Shown: positions 10,370-20,598, counted from the first letter of the stretch. The stretch is 64,000 nt of DNA from Candidatus Eiseniibacteriota bacterium (GCA_965224245.1 OZ245046.1:224001-288000); one strand, 5' to 3'. The notes: a model not told the origin generated them from the sequence alone. Numbers and translations are program-made.

Positions 10370-11710
10370 ATGCGACTCAAGAACCTCGTGACGACCCTCG
10401 TGCTGCTGCTGCCCTTGGCGGCGTGTACGCAGAACGAGACCGTTGCCCCGCCGGCCGCGGCCGTCCCGGACGCGCCCGATCAGCTCGACCAGCCGGATCC
10501 GCCGCACAGCGGGACCACGTTGCGTGAGCTCTCGGGCCTGTGGCTTCTGGAGAGCGGCAGCATGATGTCGGACTTCGTGGCCGGTCTGGCCACGTTTACC
10601 ATCACCGCCGACGTGACCGCGATCCGGATCGGCAACGACGGCACCGGCAACGTCTGGCTGCGTGATCGACTCACCGGAACGAAGGACTGCGTGCAGGCGT
10701 ACGTCATCTTCGACGACACCGACGGCTCGCTCGCGTTCGACTTCGCGGCCGAGAAGACGACCGACGTGATCTTCAACGTGGCCCTCGAGCGCTACACGTA
10801 CGTGTACCCCTTCGTCACGGTGGAGAACGGCTGGCTCGGCATCGCCGACGCGGAGGGGCAGATCGCGATCTTCTCGAACCAGGTGTCGCTGCCGGGCGAC
10901 GTGACGTGTGACCAGTTCGACATCGCGGCGACGTACGACGTGCCGTCGCCACAGTACTTCGGCGACCTCGTGTACTACGTCGACCAGCTGATCTTCAACA
11001 GCAACCAGGGACAGATCGAGGCGTTCGACCTCCTCACCGATACGCTCGGATCGCCGCTCGGACCCACCAGCAGCCGCCTCGTGCAGACCGCACAGAGCTG
11101 GTTCTTCTGGACCCACTGTGGCTGCGGGGGCAGCCGTGACGCGTTCATGCGAAACCTGGCGTCCGTCTTCGACACCGTCAGCAGCGAGGACGAGATGGGG
11201 GGTCCCATCACGTTCCGGGCCATGGCCTACCTGCCGACGACCGATCGGCTCTGGCTGCACGGGCGTCCCTTCGAGGGCCAGTACGGTCAGTTCTTCATCA
11301 TGGACACCAGCGGGGAGCCGGACGTCATCGACGACACGATCGCCTTCAACCGTGACCTCCGCGGCCTCGCGTTCGACGGAACCGATCTGTGGGGAATCGT
11401 GACGGTGGCGAGCCAGTCGGTGGTCCGCATCGATCCGCTGACGGGCGACGTCCTGCAGAGCTTCGAGGTGCCCGACGTCGACGTGTCCTGGTCGGGGATC
11501 GAGTCGGTAGGTGGCGAGCACCTCTACATGCTCGGTACGGACCTCGAGGGGAACGGCGTGCTGTACAAGCTGACGACCGACATCGCGCTGGGCGTTCCCG
11601 ATGCCCGCACCGCCGGCACCGAGGAGCAGTCGACGGAGATGCTGGCCGCGTTCGAGGCACGCTTCCAGGCCCAGGTGGCCGGGATGGCGATGGTCCAGCC
11701 CGCCGAGTGA
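10370..11710 (+). CDS. acidic lipoprotein, tandem copy 2 (446 aa)
   Basis: AGGAG RBS, lipobox LAAC, long stretches identical to 8730-10070. Confidence 0.85.
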   Translation: MRLKNLVTTLVLLLPLAACTQNETVAPPAAAVPDAPDQLDQPDPPHSGTTLRELSGLWLLESGSMMSDFVAGLATFTITADVTAIRIGNDGTGNVWLRDRLTGTKDCVQAYVIFDDTDGSLAFDFAAEKTTDVIFNVALERYTYVYPFVTVENGWLGIADAEGQIAIFSNQVSLPGDVTCDQFDIAATYDVPSPQYFGDLVYYVDQLIFNSNQGQIEAFDLLTDTLGSPLGPTSSRLVQTAQSWFFWTHCGCGGSRDAFMRNLASVFDTVSSEDEMGGPITFRAMAYLPTTDRLWLHGRPFEGQYGQFFIMDTSGEPDVIDDTIAFNRDLRGLAFDGTDLWGIVTVASQSVVRIDPLTGDVLQSFEVPDVDVSWSGIESVGGEHLYMLGTDLEGNGVLYKLTTDIALGVPDARTAGTEEQSTEMLAAFEARFQAQVAGMAMVQPAE

Positions 11711-11792
11711 TGATGGTCCCTGGTGTGGTGGATCGGGCGTCCGGTCGGCGGGACACCGACCACCCGCCTCCAGGCGGAACGACGTAGACACC

Positions 11793-11836
11793 GGCCGCCG
11801 GCGGCGATCGATCTCGGTCGCCGCCGGTGGCCTTTT
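11793..11836 (+). terminator. Rho-independent terminator between convergent genes
   Basis: 18-bp stem (11793-11810 with 11815-11832, two G-U pairs) followed by TTTT. Confidence 0.75.
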
Positions 11837-11895
11837 CTCGTCTCCGCGCGACCCACCACGACGATCAGCTCGATCGAACCGGTCGGGTCGTCGGT

Positions 11896-13386
11896 TCACC
11901 GGCGGGAACCGTCGTCGAGCGCCTCGAGCGCCTCGCGGAACGTCGGTGGCGGGGTCGTCAGCCGCATGATCCACCGAGTGGACTCGAACGGAGAGCGGAA
12001 CACCTCGGCGAGATTGACGCCGGGGTCGATGAGCGGCTGGTACGGCCGGCCGTTGAGGGTGGCGATCGCATCCACGCGAACGTCGATTCGTGTGCATCCC
12101 TGGGCCCTCAGTCGTGCGGCCTGCCAGTGACAGAGCTGCAGGATCATGTCCGGTGTCTGGGCCACCTTCCGATACTGCCAGTGGTGAACCCAGAATGATC
12201 GGTCGCTCGGCAGTGGAAGATCTCGAGACTCGTATCGCCCCTGGGGATCGAGGTACGAGACACGTACCCGACGCACATGGCCGCTCTTGGCCCGGAGCAT
12301 CATGCGCCACGCGAAGTCGTGCCCGTGATCCGTCCAGTTCGTCACGCCGGGGTACAGATGGTGGCGAAGGGGCACGAGGATCTGAACGATGACGTAGGCA
12401 CCGACGAGCGTGGCGGTGAGTCGGTGTCGGCTCGCATGTCGCGACGGCGATGGCTCGACGGGCCGTACCGGAGCACCCGGATCCGGATCCGGCGACGAGT
12501 CGTACGTCGACTCGGAGTTCGATTCTCGTGCCGCCGTCGGACCCCGGGCGGGATCATGAACCACACGCCTCGCAAACGGGAGCCGATCGGGGAAGAACAG
12601 CACGTACGTCGCCCCGATCATGAACCAGGGGAAGATGTCGATCCGGAACAGCGTCGCGTTGGTGAGGTGGAACGCGGTGGCGAACGTGAACGCGAGCACC
12701 CGGGTGCGTCTCCAGAGCAGCAGCGGCACGACCAGGAGATCCAGTAAAAGCCCCCCCCAGCTCATGAACGGTGCGATCCAGTCCGTCGCGAAGAGCGGTC
12801 CCACGATCGGACGATCGACGTTGGTCCGGAGCTCGCTCAAGAGTGCGAGACCTCGCAGCCACTCCCGGTCGATCTTGGCGATCCCGCCGAACACATAGGG
12901 CAGTGATACCTGGAAACGCAGAAGCCACAACGTCCACGTCGGTGCCGTTCCGGCCCTCGTGGTCGGACGCCGGAGGGCATCCAGCGAGCCCGCCCGGTGC
13001 GCCGGGACGAGGATCAGGAGGAACGCGATCAGCACGTTCAGGTAGTAGTGGTTGAGATAGCGGGCCTGCTCGATCAGAAACAGGTGCGCCAGTCCGACGC
13101 ACAGGAGCACGATCGCGGCCCGATGGAAGAGCCCGACGGTGACGAGCGCGGACAGGACCGCCAGTGCCGCATAGTGCCAGTACATGCCGTCTCCCGGCCA
13201 CGGGTGAACCCACCCGAAGCCCGGATACGTGAAGTGCTGGGCCGGCGAGACGTAGTAGCGCTCGATCAACCCGTGCCGGTAGTACAGCCAGATCAGTACG
13301 AGATTGAGGGCCCCAAAGATCACGCGCAGGTAGACGAGAAAGACGATGCTCGTGGGCTCCAACGCGCGGCGGACGAGACGGCTCAC
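11896..13386 (-). CDS. HTTM-domain protein, vitamin K-dependent gamma-carboxylase-like
   Basis: Motifs LRVIFG, HFTYPGFGWV, YLNHYYL, YVFGGIAKIDREWLRG, FHLTNATLFRIDIFPW, FAWRMMLRAK, LNGRPYQPLIDP. GTG start overlaps the upstream stop (GTGA). Confidence 0.88.
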   Translation of the reverse strand: MSRLVRRALEPTSIVFLVYLRVIFGALNLVLIWLYYRHGLIERYYVSPAQHFTYPGFGWVHPWPGDGMYWHYAALAVLSALVTVGLFHRAAIVLLCVGLAHLFLIEQARYLNHYYLNVLIAFLLILVPAHRAGSLDALRRPTTRAGTAPTWTLWLLRFQVSLPYVFGGIAKIDREWLRGLALLSELRTNVDRPIVGPLFATDWIAPFMSWGGLLLDLLVVPLLLWRRTRVLAFTFATAFHLTNATLFRIDIFPWFMIGATYVLFFPDRLPFARRVVHDPARGPTAARESNSESTYDSSPDPDPGAPVRPVEPSPSRHASRHRLTATLVGAYVIVQILVPLRHHLYPGVTNWTDHGHDFAWRMMLRAKSGHVRRVRVSYLDPQGRYESRDLPLPSDRSFWVHHWQYRKVAQTPDMILQLCHWQAARLRAQGCTRIDVRVDAIATLNGRPYQPLIDPGVNLAEVFRSPFESTRWIMRLTTPPPTFREALEALDDGSRR

Positions 13387-13694
13387 GAGCCGTGCCTCAC
13401 CGAGGTGCGCGCAGGCGCCGCGACGCATGCGGAGGTCTCGTGGCGACCGAGCCTCGGTCGACGGGCTCTCGGAGGTCGTGACATCGGCGGCACACCTTCT
13501 CGCTCCGATCGTGCGACCGACCGCACGACGCGCGAGTCTATCATCTCGAGATGACGATGGGTGCCACGCCGGACGGTGTCGCAATCCGGCGCGCCGACCA
13601 CCCGGGACTCGGGGACGAAGGTCGCCGGCTGTTCGGAGTCCCACGCGAGAACGAGGATACCGAGCAACAGCCCGAAGCTGAGCTGCAGACGCAT
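13383..13694 (-). CDS. small hypothetical protein with signal-peptide-like N-terminus
   Basis: GGAGG RBS before ATG 13694, N-terminus MRLQLSFGLLLGILVLAW. TGA overlaps the HTTM start. Confidence 0.45.
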   Translation of the reverse strand: MRLQLSFGLLLGILVLAWDSEQPATFVPESRVVGAPDCDTVRRGTHRHLEMIDSRVVRSVARSEREGVPPMSRPPRARRPRLGRHETSACVAAPARTSVRHGS

Positions 13695-14548
13695 GTTTGC
13701 CTCCCGGAGATGCGAGGATGCGAGGATGTGGCGGTGCACGGCTGGCGGGGGAACTCCAGCGTCCGTCACCGGCTCGGACGCCCTGGCCGGGACAGGCGAC
13801 GGCGGTCGGCTCGCAACGAGGATGCATCCTCATCCAGTACGCCGCCGGGCATCGCGTCGGCGCAGTCCCCCCAGGGTCGTCGGGGGATGGACCCGTGTGG
13901 GTTCGCTCCGGTCGTGTCGAGATTCTCGCGCTGCGGCGATGGATGCCGCGGCAGGCCGATCGAAGTGGAGAGACCCCCGGCGCCACCGCTGCAGACCGGA
14001 CGCCGGGGGCGAGTGGCGTGCTCCCCGCCGCGCGATCGATCTGCGGCTCCAGGCGCAGCTTGGGCACAGGGGAGGCACGTACCTGATATCGGGTGCGTGC
14101 GGCGACACCATGAGAAGACGCGGGGACGAACTCGTGTTGGGCGTTCCGGGTCCAGCGGGTCGTTCTCGCCGCCTCGGCGACATCCAAACGCACCACGTCC
14201 GCGTCGTGACGTCGACTCGCTGGGTGCCTTACGCACTCGACCGACGATGAGGACAGGGGATCCGGCCAATTCGGGGACCGGCCCGCCGCGGATCTTTCGC
14301 GAATCGTGTGTGCAGCCCAGGATCTGCCCGCGTCCCGACCGCCGACTCAAAATGGCGAGATCGAATCCAATGTCACGGCATTCGAGGAAGATGATGCCAT
14401 TGCATCATGGTGCCCCTCCGCCGAGCCGTCCGACGATGACACGTCACTCCGCGAGGATCGAGCCGCGCGGACCGCCAGGACGGGATCCTCATCAGGGATC
14501 GCTCCTCGACGCCGATCGAGAGCCACGTGGTCACCAAAGGAGCAGGCG

Positions 14549-16215
14549 ATGCGGGATGGCGTTGGTTACTCGCTCGACCGGGCGCTCGTCGGGATGCTGG
14601 CAGCGATAGCCGTCCTCGCGGCCGCGGAGGCCGCTGCCAGCCCGGGGGAGGTGCTCACGCACCAGAAGATCAGCTCCACCGCGGGCGACTTCGTCGGTCC
14701 TCTGGACGCCGGTGACCGGTTCGGGATCTCGACCGCATCGCCGGGAGATCTCGACGGCGACGGCATCGGGGATCTGGTGGTTGGCTCCTGCGGTGACGAC
14801 GACGGCGGCAGCATGTGTGGCGGACTCTGGATCCTGTTCCTGGACGGGCGCGGCGTCGTCAGGGCCGAACAGAAGATCAGCAACACACAGGGGGGGGCTC
14901 GGCGACGTCCTGGACAGCGGGGACCAGTTCGGCTACTCGGTCTCTTCGCTCGGCGACCACGACGGTCCCGGCCCGAGCGCGTGCACGCTGGCCGTCGGGG
15001 CACCTGGCGACGACGGAACCGGTGCGGTCTGGATCCTCTTCCTGAACCGCGACGGAACGGTGATGTCTCGACAGGTCATCGGTGGCACCGAGGGGGGGCT
15101 CGCCGGTGAGCTCGAGATCGACGACCACTTCGGAGCGGACGTCACGTCGATCGGCGATCTCGACGGCGACGGCGTGCGGGACCTGGCCGTGGGCGCGTCG
15201 TCCGACGACGACGGCGGGGTCGACCGTGGCGCCGTGTGGATCCTCTTTCTCGACTCGGATGGAACGGCCAAGGCGAGCCAGAAGATCGCCAGCGACGCCG
15301 GGGGCTTTTCCGGCACGCTCGACGACGGCGATCGGTTCGGAGCGTCGGTCTGCTCGCTCGGCGACTTCGACGCCCGGTTCGGCACCGGACTCACGCTGGC
15401 GGTCGGCGCGCCGGGCGACGACGACGGTGACCTCGACGCGGGTGCCGTGTGGTTGCTCTTCGTCGATGCCGACGGAACCGTGAAGCGTCACCAGAAGATC
15501 AGCGAGACCGAGGGCGGGTTCTCGGGTGATCTGAACGTCTCCGACGCGTTCGGCGGGCGCGGCTCGATCGCGTCACTCGGCGATCTGGACGAGGACGGCA
15601 CCGGCGACATGGCGGTGGGCGCCTGGCTCGACGACGACGGCGGACTTCGGAGCGCTGTGGATCCTCTTCCTCGAGCCCGACGGCAAGGTCGAATCTCATC
15701 AGCTGATCAGCGACACCGAGGGCAGCTTCTTCACCGCGCTGGACATCGAGGACCACTTCGGAGCGTCCGTGGCCTCGCTGGGCGATCTCGACGGCGATGG
15801 ACGCAGTACGGTGGCCCTCGCCGTGGGAGCGGACGCGGACGACGATGGCGGTGAGGATCACGGCGCGATCTACATCGTGTTCCTCTGCGGCTTCGGCGAC
15901 CCGTGCGTGGTCGCCGTGGATCCCGCGAGCGTGCCACCGCCGGCGATGCACCTCATGAGCCGACCCAATCCGTTCGGGGTCTCCACGACGCTCCGGTACA
16001 CGCTCCTCGAGGCGGGCCAGCCGCGTCTCGACATCTACGATACGGGCGGGCACCGTGTCGCCACCGTGGCGAGCGAGAAGCAGTCCGCCGGCTCACGCTT
16101 CCTGACCTGGGACGGTCGGAACGGAACGGGTGAACCAGTCGTCGCAGGTGTCTACTTCGCCAGGTTGACCACCGGCACGGCGACGATCTCGTGCAAGATC
16201 GTCCGGAGTCGCTGA
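14549..16215 (+). pseudogene. FG-GAP (integrin-alpha-like) repeat protein with C-terminal FlgD/T9SS-like domain, interrupted by two frameshifts
   Basis: AAGGAG RBS and signal peptide. GDLDGDG-x-DLAVGA repeats continue across three ORFs (14306, 14712, 15769), with breaks at the G8 tract 14890-14897 and at about 15642. The breaks may be sequencing errors. Confidence 0.8.
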
Positions 16216-16263
16216 CGTCGACGGACATCCGCGGGCCTCTGCCGTCCGGGGAATGCCGGAGGA

Positions 16264-16491
16264 TCACGCGAGCACGACGAGCTTCCGCGTCTCGGAGTAT
16301 CCTCCGATCTCCACGCGAAGCGGGTAGATCCCGGACGGAACGCGGTCTCCGTCCGTCGTGCGACACCGAAACCCCTCGACGTGCGGCCCCGTACGCCTTC
16401 GACCGGCGTTGAACGGGTCGGCGACCAACGGCCATTCCGCCTTCGTCGTCACCCGCCGATTGCTCGATCTCCGCTCGCGTACAGAGTCCAT
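16264..16491 (-). pseudogene. remnant ORF ending in a degenerate sorting-domain tail
   Basis: AGGAGG RBS. C-terminus DGDRVPSGIYPLRVEIGGYSETRKLVVLA resembles the tails of neighbouring genes. No signal peptide or cargo domain. Confidence 0.45.
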
Positions 16492-16755
16492 CGTGGCGAC
16501 CTCCTGACTCCCGCGCGTCAGCTCCATGCACGTCGACCGAGGCCCGATGATCAGGGTCCGCGAGGCTGGCTCCCGAGAGCCCTCGTGTGCCCGGCTCGGA
16601 TCCGCCGGCCACGACCCATCTGAGCCGCCGGTCGTCTTCGCCGGACCCAGGATGCAGTCCGGTTCCGCTGAACCCCGCTCGGTGGTCACGACCTCCAGCG
16701 TCTTGCCGGGAGTGCCGAAGTATGAGTGGTGGAAAACCGTCTAGCCAGGGAGCCG

Positions 16756-18489
16756 ATGATGAACGCCCTTCCATCACATCTCGTGTCGCACATGTACCGC
16801 GCGACCCCGTCGCTCGTGCTCGGCGCCGTGGTCGCCGTCTTCAGTCTCGCCGGATGCAGCAAGTCGACCGATCCGGAGCCGGTGGACCCGCATCCCTCGG
16901 GAATCGCGCCCGAGCGCGGTGGCATCGGGACCGAGGTCCAGATCTCCGGGTCGGACTTCGAGTCCGGCATCCGGGTCTGGTTCGGTGACGTCCAGACCCC
17001 CGTCGAGCGACTCTCGTCGTCCACGTTGCGGGTACACGCGCCCGAGGGGCTCGAGGCGGAGACGACCTATGACGTGACGGTCGTGAATCCCGGAGACGGC
17101 ACGGCCACGCTGGAGGCCGCGTACACGGTCGTCACCCCCGAGCTCCGGGTCGTGAACGGGGTGACGCGTCCCAGCGGTCAGGCCGGCAGCCTCGTCATCC
17201 TCGAGGGGTACGCGTTCGGTGATCTCGTCGAGCTCGGAGCGGTGTTCTTCACCGACGCCGGCGGCATGCCGATCGAGGCGAGCGTCGAGCTCGCGGAGAA
17301 CTGGACCGACGGTCTCGTTGTGGCCACCGTGCCGGGGTCGGCCGAGTCGGGGCCGGTCTGGATCGAGACGCCGTCGGGAACCTCGAACAGCGTCGAGTTC
17401 ACGATCAGCCAGTCGGCGACCTTCTCGCCGTCCGAGATCAACTGGACGGCGACCTCGGCTCTCCCCTTCTCGGTGCAGGGGCACGCCGCTGTGTTCGCGA
17501 CCCTCAGCAGCGAGACGGTCGAGGCCAACCGCATCTACGTCACCGGTGGCGCGGACGGTACCGCCGCTCCCACCACCGGCGTCGCGTTCGCGGACGTCGG
17601 TGCGACCGGCGAGGTCACGGCATGGACGACCGCCCCCGATCTCCCGGGTGGGCGAGCGTTTCACAAGTCGACCATGGCCACGCCGTTCAACGCGTTCATC
17701 AACGACACCACGTCGGCCGGGCACCTCTACGTGGTCGGTGGGCTCGACGATGCCGGGATGCCGACGACCTCGGTGCTCCACGCCACCCTCTCGACCGACG
17801 GTGAGCTCTCGGGCTGGCTCGAGGACACGCCGCTGCCGGAGCCGCTGCATTCGATGGGCGTGACGCTGTTCCGCTCGTGGGTCTACGTCGCGGGAGGAGC
17901 CGGCCCCGAGAACCTGCCGGTCTCCTCGGTGTACCGCGCGCACGTCGAGTTCGATGGTGCCCTCGGCCCGTGGGAGCCCCAGACCGCGCTCCCGACCGCT
18001 CGGGCCTACGCGCCCCTCGTCCAGTTCGCCGGCGCTCTGTATCTCGTGGGAGGTGACACCGAGGCCGTCGAGCCGAGCTCGAACGACACCGGCACTCGCC
18101 TCTCGTCCATCGTTTACTCGCGGCTCGACCTTCGCACGGCGGTTCTGTCCAGCTCGTGGACGGCGAACGCGTCGGAGCTCATCAAGCCCGTCTCGAAGCA
18201 CTCGGTCATCGTTGCGGGCTCGGCGATGCTCTCGAGCGGTGGCATCTACAACGGTGCCGGTAGCTCGGCCACGGAACATCAGTACAGCGAGTTCCGCGCC
18301 GACTACACCCTGGGCTCGTTCAGCGGTGCCACCGGCTCCCAGACCATCGCCGCAACCGGGGCGCCTCCGTTCTACAACCACTCGGCCATCACGTACGTGG
18401 ACGGCTCCGGAGCTGCACACGTGGTGATCCTCGGCGGTGCCGACGTCGACGACGCCTCCACGGTGCTCTCGGGAACGTACTACTACTGA
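16756..18489 (+). CDS. lipoprotein with two IPT/TIG domains and Kelch-like repeats
   Basis: Lipobox LAGC. IAPERGGIGTEVQISGSDF and YDVTVVNPG (IPT). IYVTGG, LYVVGG, VYVAGG, LYLVGG blades. Start uncertain (16756, 16759 or 16792). Confidence 0.85.
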   Translation: MMNALPSHLVSHMYRATPSLVLGAVVAVFSLAGCSKSTDPEPVDPHPSGIAPERGGIGTEVQISGSDFESGIRVWFGDVQTPVERLSSSTLRVHAPEGLEAETTYDVTVVNPGDGTATLEAAYTVVTPELRVVNGVTRPSGQAGSLVILEGYAFGDLVELGAVFFTDAGGMPIEASVELAENWTDGLVVATVPGSAESGPVWIETPSGTSNSVEFTISQSATFSPSEINWTATSALPFSVQGHAAVFATLSSETVEANRIYVTGGADGTAAPTTGVAFADVGATGEVTAWTTAPDLPGGRAFHKSTMATPFNAFINDTTSAGHLYVVGGLDDAGMPTTSVLHATLSTDGELSGWLEDTPLPEPLHSMGVTLFRSWVYVAGGAGPENLPVSSVYRAHVEFDGALGPWEPQTALPTARAYAPLVQFAGALYLVGGDTEAVEPSSNDTGTRLSSIVYSRLDLRTAVLSSSWTANASELIKPVSKHSVIVAGSAMLSSGGIYNGAGSSATEHQYSEFRADYTLGSFSGATGSQTIAATGAPPFYNHSAITYVDGSGAAHVVILGGADVDDASTVLSGTYYY

Positions 18490-18547
18490 TCGGATCGAGC
18501 CGGGTCACACCGCGGTCATCGACCGCGGTCGGCTCGCGGGGGGCTCG

Positions 18548-20350
18548 TCACATGCGCAGCATGCGTTGCGTCTCGACGACGCCCCCGGTGACCAGCCGGT
18601 AGAAGTAGACGCCGGGCGCGACGCGCCGCCCGGCCATGTCCCGGCCGTCCCAGGAGACTCGATGGTGTCCGGCCGCCTGGGGCCGCCCGACCAGCGCGCG
18701 CACCCGGCGTCCCGTGGCGTCGAGTACGTCCAGCTGCACGATGCCGTCTCGCGGCACCGTGTACGCGATCGTCGTGGCCGGGCCGAACGGGTTGGGTGCG
18801 TTCCTCCCCAGGAGACCGTCCTCCATCGCCGGGACGCCATCCGCCACGTCGGTGGTCGGAAGCGCGGCGAGGGCGGCATCGGGGATCCCGTAGCCGCGCA
18901 CGTAGAGCGGGTCGAAGGTCCCGTGCGCCAGGAAGTAGCTGGCCGTCTCGAAGAGACGCGCCCGCATCGTGGACGGCGTCCAGGTGGGCTGGACCTGGAG
19001 CACGCAGGCCACCATGGACGCCATCAGAGAGGTCGCGACGGACGTCCCTCCGGTATCGGTGGTGCAGTCCGTGTCCTCGTGGGCGCAGATCGTGTAGACC
19101 TCCTGGCCGCGAGCGAGGAGCTCGGGCTTGACGCGTTCATCCGCCGTGGGCCCGTCGGAGGAGAAGTCGACGATTTCGCCGGCGGGATCCACACCGCCGC
19201 AGGTGATCACCTCGAATGCGTCGCCGGGTGCCATCAGCGAGGACGTGGTCGGGTCGAGATCGTTCCCGTTGTTGCCGGCGGCGGTGATGCAGATCAGTCC
19301 GTTGGACGTGGCGGCGTTCACCGCGATCGTGGTCACGGCGGTCAGCCCGTCGAGCTGGGACTGCTCGTACCAGTCGATGTACCCGAGGGAGGACGTGGCC
19401 AGGTCGGCTCCGTTCGCCTCGATGAGCTCCAGCCCGGCGACGTAGAAGTCCTCCTCCTGCATGTACTCGTCCGTCGCGTCTTCCGTCTTGCACAGGATGA
19501 ACGATGCGTCGAACGCACCGCCGATGAGCACGCCCGGGAGGTAGGACGCGATCGTGCCCAGGACCATGGTCCCGTGGTTGTGCTGGGCCGCGGGATCGCT
19601 CGGCTCGATTCCCGTGAAGTCGTCGTCGTCGATGAAGTCGTGCTCCAGGAGCACGTCGATCACGTGGCCGGGCTGGTTGAACGCCTCGTGGCCGCGGTGA
19701 AAGCCCGTGTCCAGCATGCCGATCACGATGCCGGCGCCGGTGAACCCGAGATCGTGCAGGGCGACCAGGTTCATCTGCTCGAGCTGGCCCAGCGTGAGTC
19801 CGTAGTCGAGCGCGCCCGACGATGCCCCGGCGGACGAGCGCTCGGATCCGTGCGCGCCGGATGCCGGGTCGTCCGGTGCGCCGACCAGAACGCCACGGCG
19901 TACCGGCTCGATCCGGTCGACGTACGGGAGCTGCGCGATCGCCCGGAACTGATCGGGGGTCCCGTGAACGCTCACGGCGTTGAGCCACGAGCTCTCGATG
20001 GAGAGCGAGCAGCCCGTGGCGAGCACGGCCTGAACGTAAGGCGCGTACACGGAGACGTCCCGCTCGTCGACCAGGCCGGGGGTACGGCCGCGGAGGCTGC
20101 GACGCTCGAGGGCGCGCGGATGTAGCTCGTCACGCGCGCGTTCGAGGGCCGCGCTACGGGCTTCGGGGCTGGTGAGTCCCTTGTCGGTGAAGAACACCCA
20201 GCCCTTCGACGGGCCACGCGACTCCAGGAGACGGGTCATGTGCGGATGGAGCGTGGCCGGAGGGTCCGTGGTTACCCGTCGCGCATGCGCGGGATGGCAG
20301 AGTGCGCCCAAGAGGACGCTCCCGACGAGCCAGCATTCCAGCGCTCTCAT
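18548..20350 (-). CDS. S8 family (subtilisin-like) serine peptidase with C-terminal FlgD/T9SS-like domain
   Basis: Catalytic triad motifs LDTG, HGT and GTS, plus AAGN and KPEL. Tail NAPNPF...WDGRD...PGVYFYRL. Confidence 0.92.
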   Translation of the reverse strand: MRALECWLVGSVLLGALCHPAHARRVTTDPPATLHPHMTRLLESRGPSKGWVFFTDKGLTSPEARSAALERARDELHPRALERRSLRGRTPGLVDERDVSVYAPYVQAVLATGCSLSIESSWLNAVSVHGTPDQFRAIAQLPYVDRIEPVRRGVLVGAPDDPASGAHGSERSSAGASSGALDYGLTLGQLEQMNLVALHDLGFTGAGIVIGMLDTGFHRGHEAFNQPGHVIDVLLEHDFIDDDDFTGIEPSDPAAQHNHGTMVLGTIASYLPGVLIGGAFDASFILCKTEDATDEYMQEEDFYVAGLELIEANGADLATSSLGYIDWYEQSQLDGLTAVTTIAVNAATSNGLICITAAGNNGNDLDPTTSSLMAPGDAFEVITCGGVDPAGEIVDFSSDGPTADERVKPELLARGQEVYTICAHEDTDCTTDTGGTSVATSLMASMVACVLQVQPTWTPSTMRARLFETASYFLAHGTFDPLYVRGYGIPDAALAALPTTDVADGVPAMEDGLLGRNAPNPFGPATTIAYTVPRDGIVQLDVLDATGRRVRALVGRPQAAGHHRVSWDGRDMAGRRVAPGVYFYRLVTGGVVETQRMLRM

Positions 20351-20448
20351 CGCCCCTCCTGCCGATCAGGGTATCGGAACCGCTCTTCGTCCACCAAACC
20401 TTAGCAGCCACTCGTCAGCTGAGGAATGAGATGTTCGGGCGTCTCGAC

Positions 20449-20598
20449 ACGGCACGTGGGTGTGCCTCGTGTGCCCACCGCGCTCGGTTCAGCCGAGGGT
20501 CGATGCGCCCGGGTACGTGGAAACCACTATGGCCCTCGTGAACCGTAGCTGGTTCGATTCCTCGTTGAGTGGGCACGACGACACTGCACGCGTGCCGT
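20449..20598. ncRNA. candidate structured RNA or long imperfect inverted repeat
   Basis: Four nested helices visible in the sequence (see findings). Family and strand unknown. Confidence 0.3.

Noticed and set aside
14391-14408. Palindrome ATGATGC-catt-GCATCAT upstream of the FG-GAP gene
   Set aside because: Single occurrence with no candidate regulator. Could be chance.
20419-20527. Hammerhead ribozyme (CTGAGGA ... GAAAC)
   Set aside because: The required stem II closure and flanking stems are absent.
20545-20565. tRNA suggested by GGTTCGATTCC
   Set aside because: No full T-stem, acceptor stem or anticodon arm could be built.
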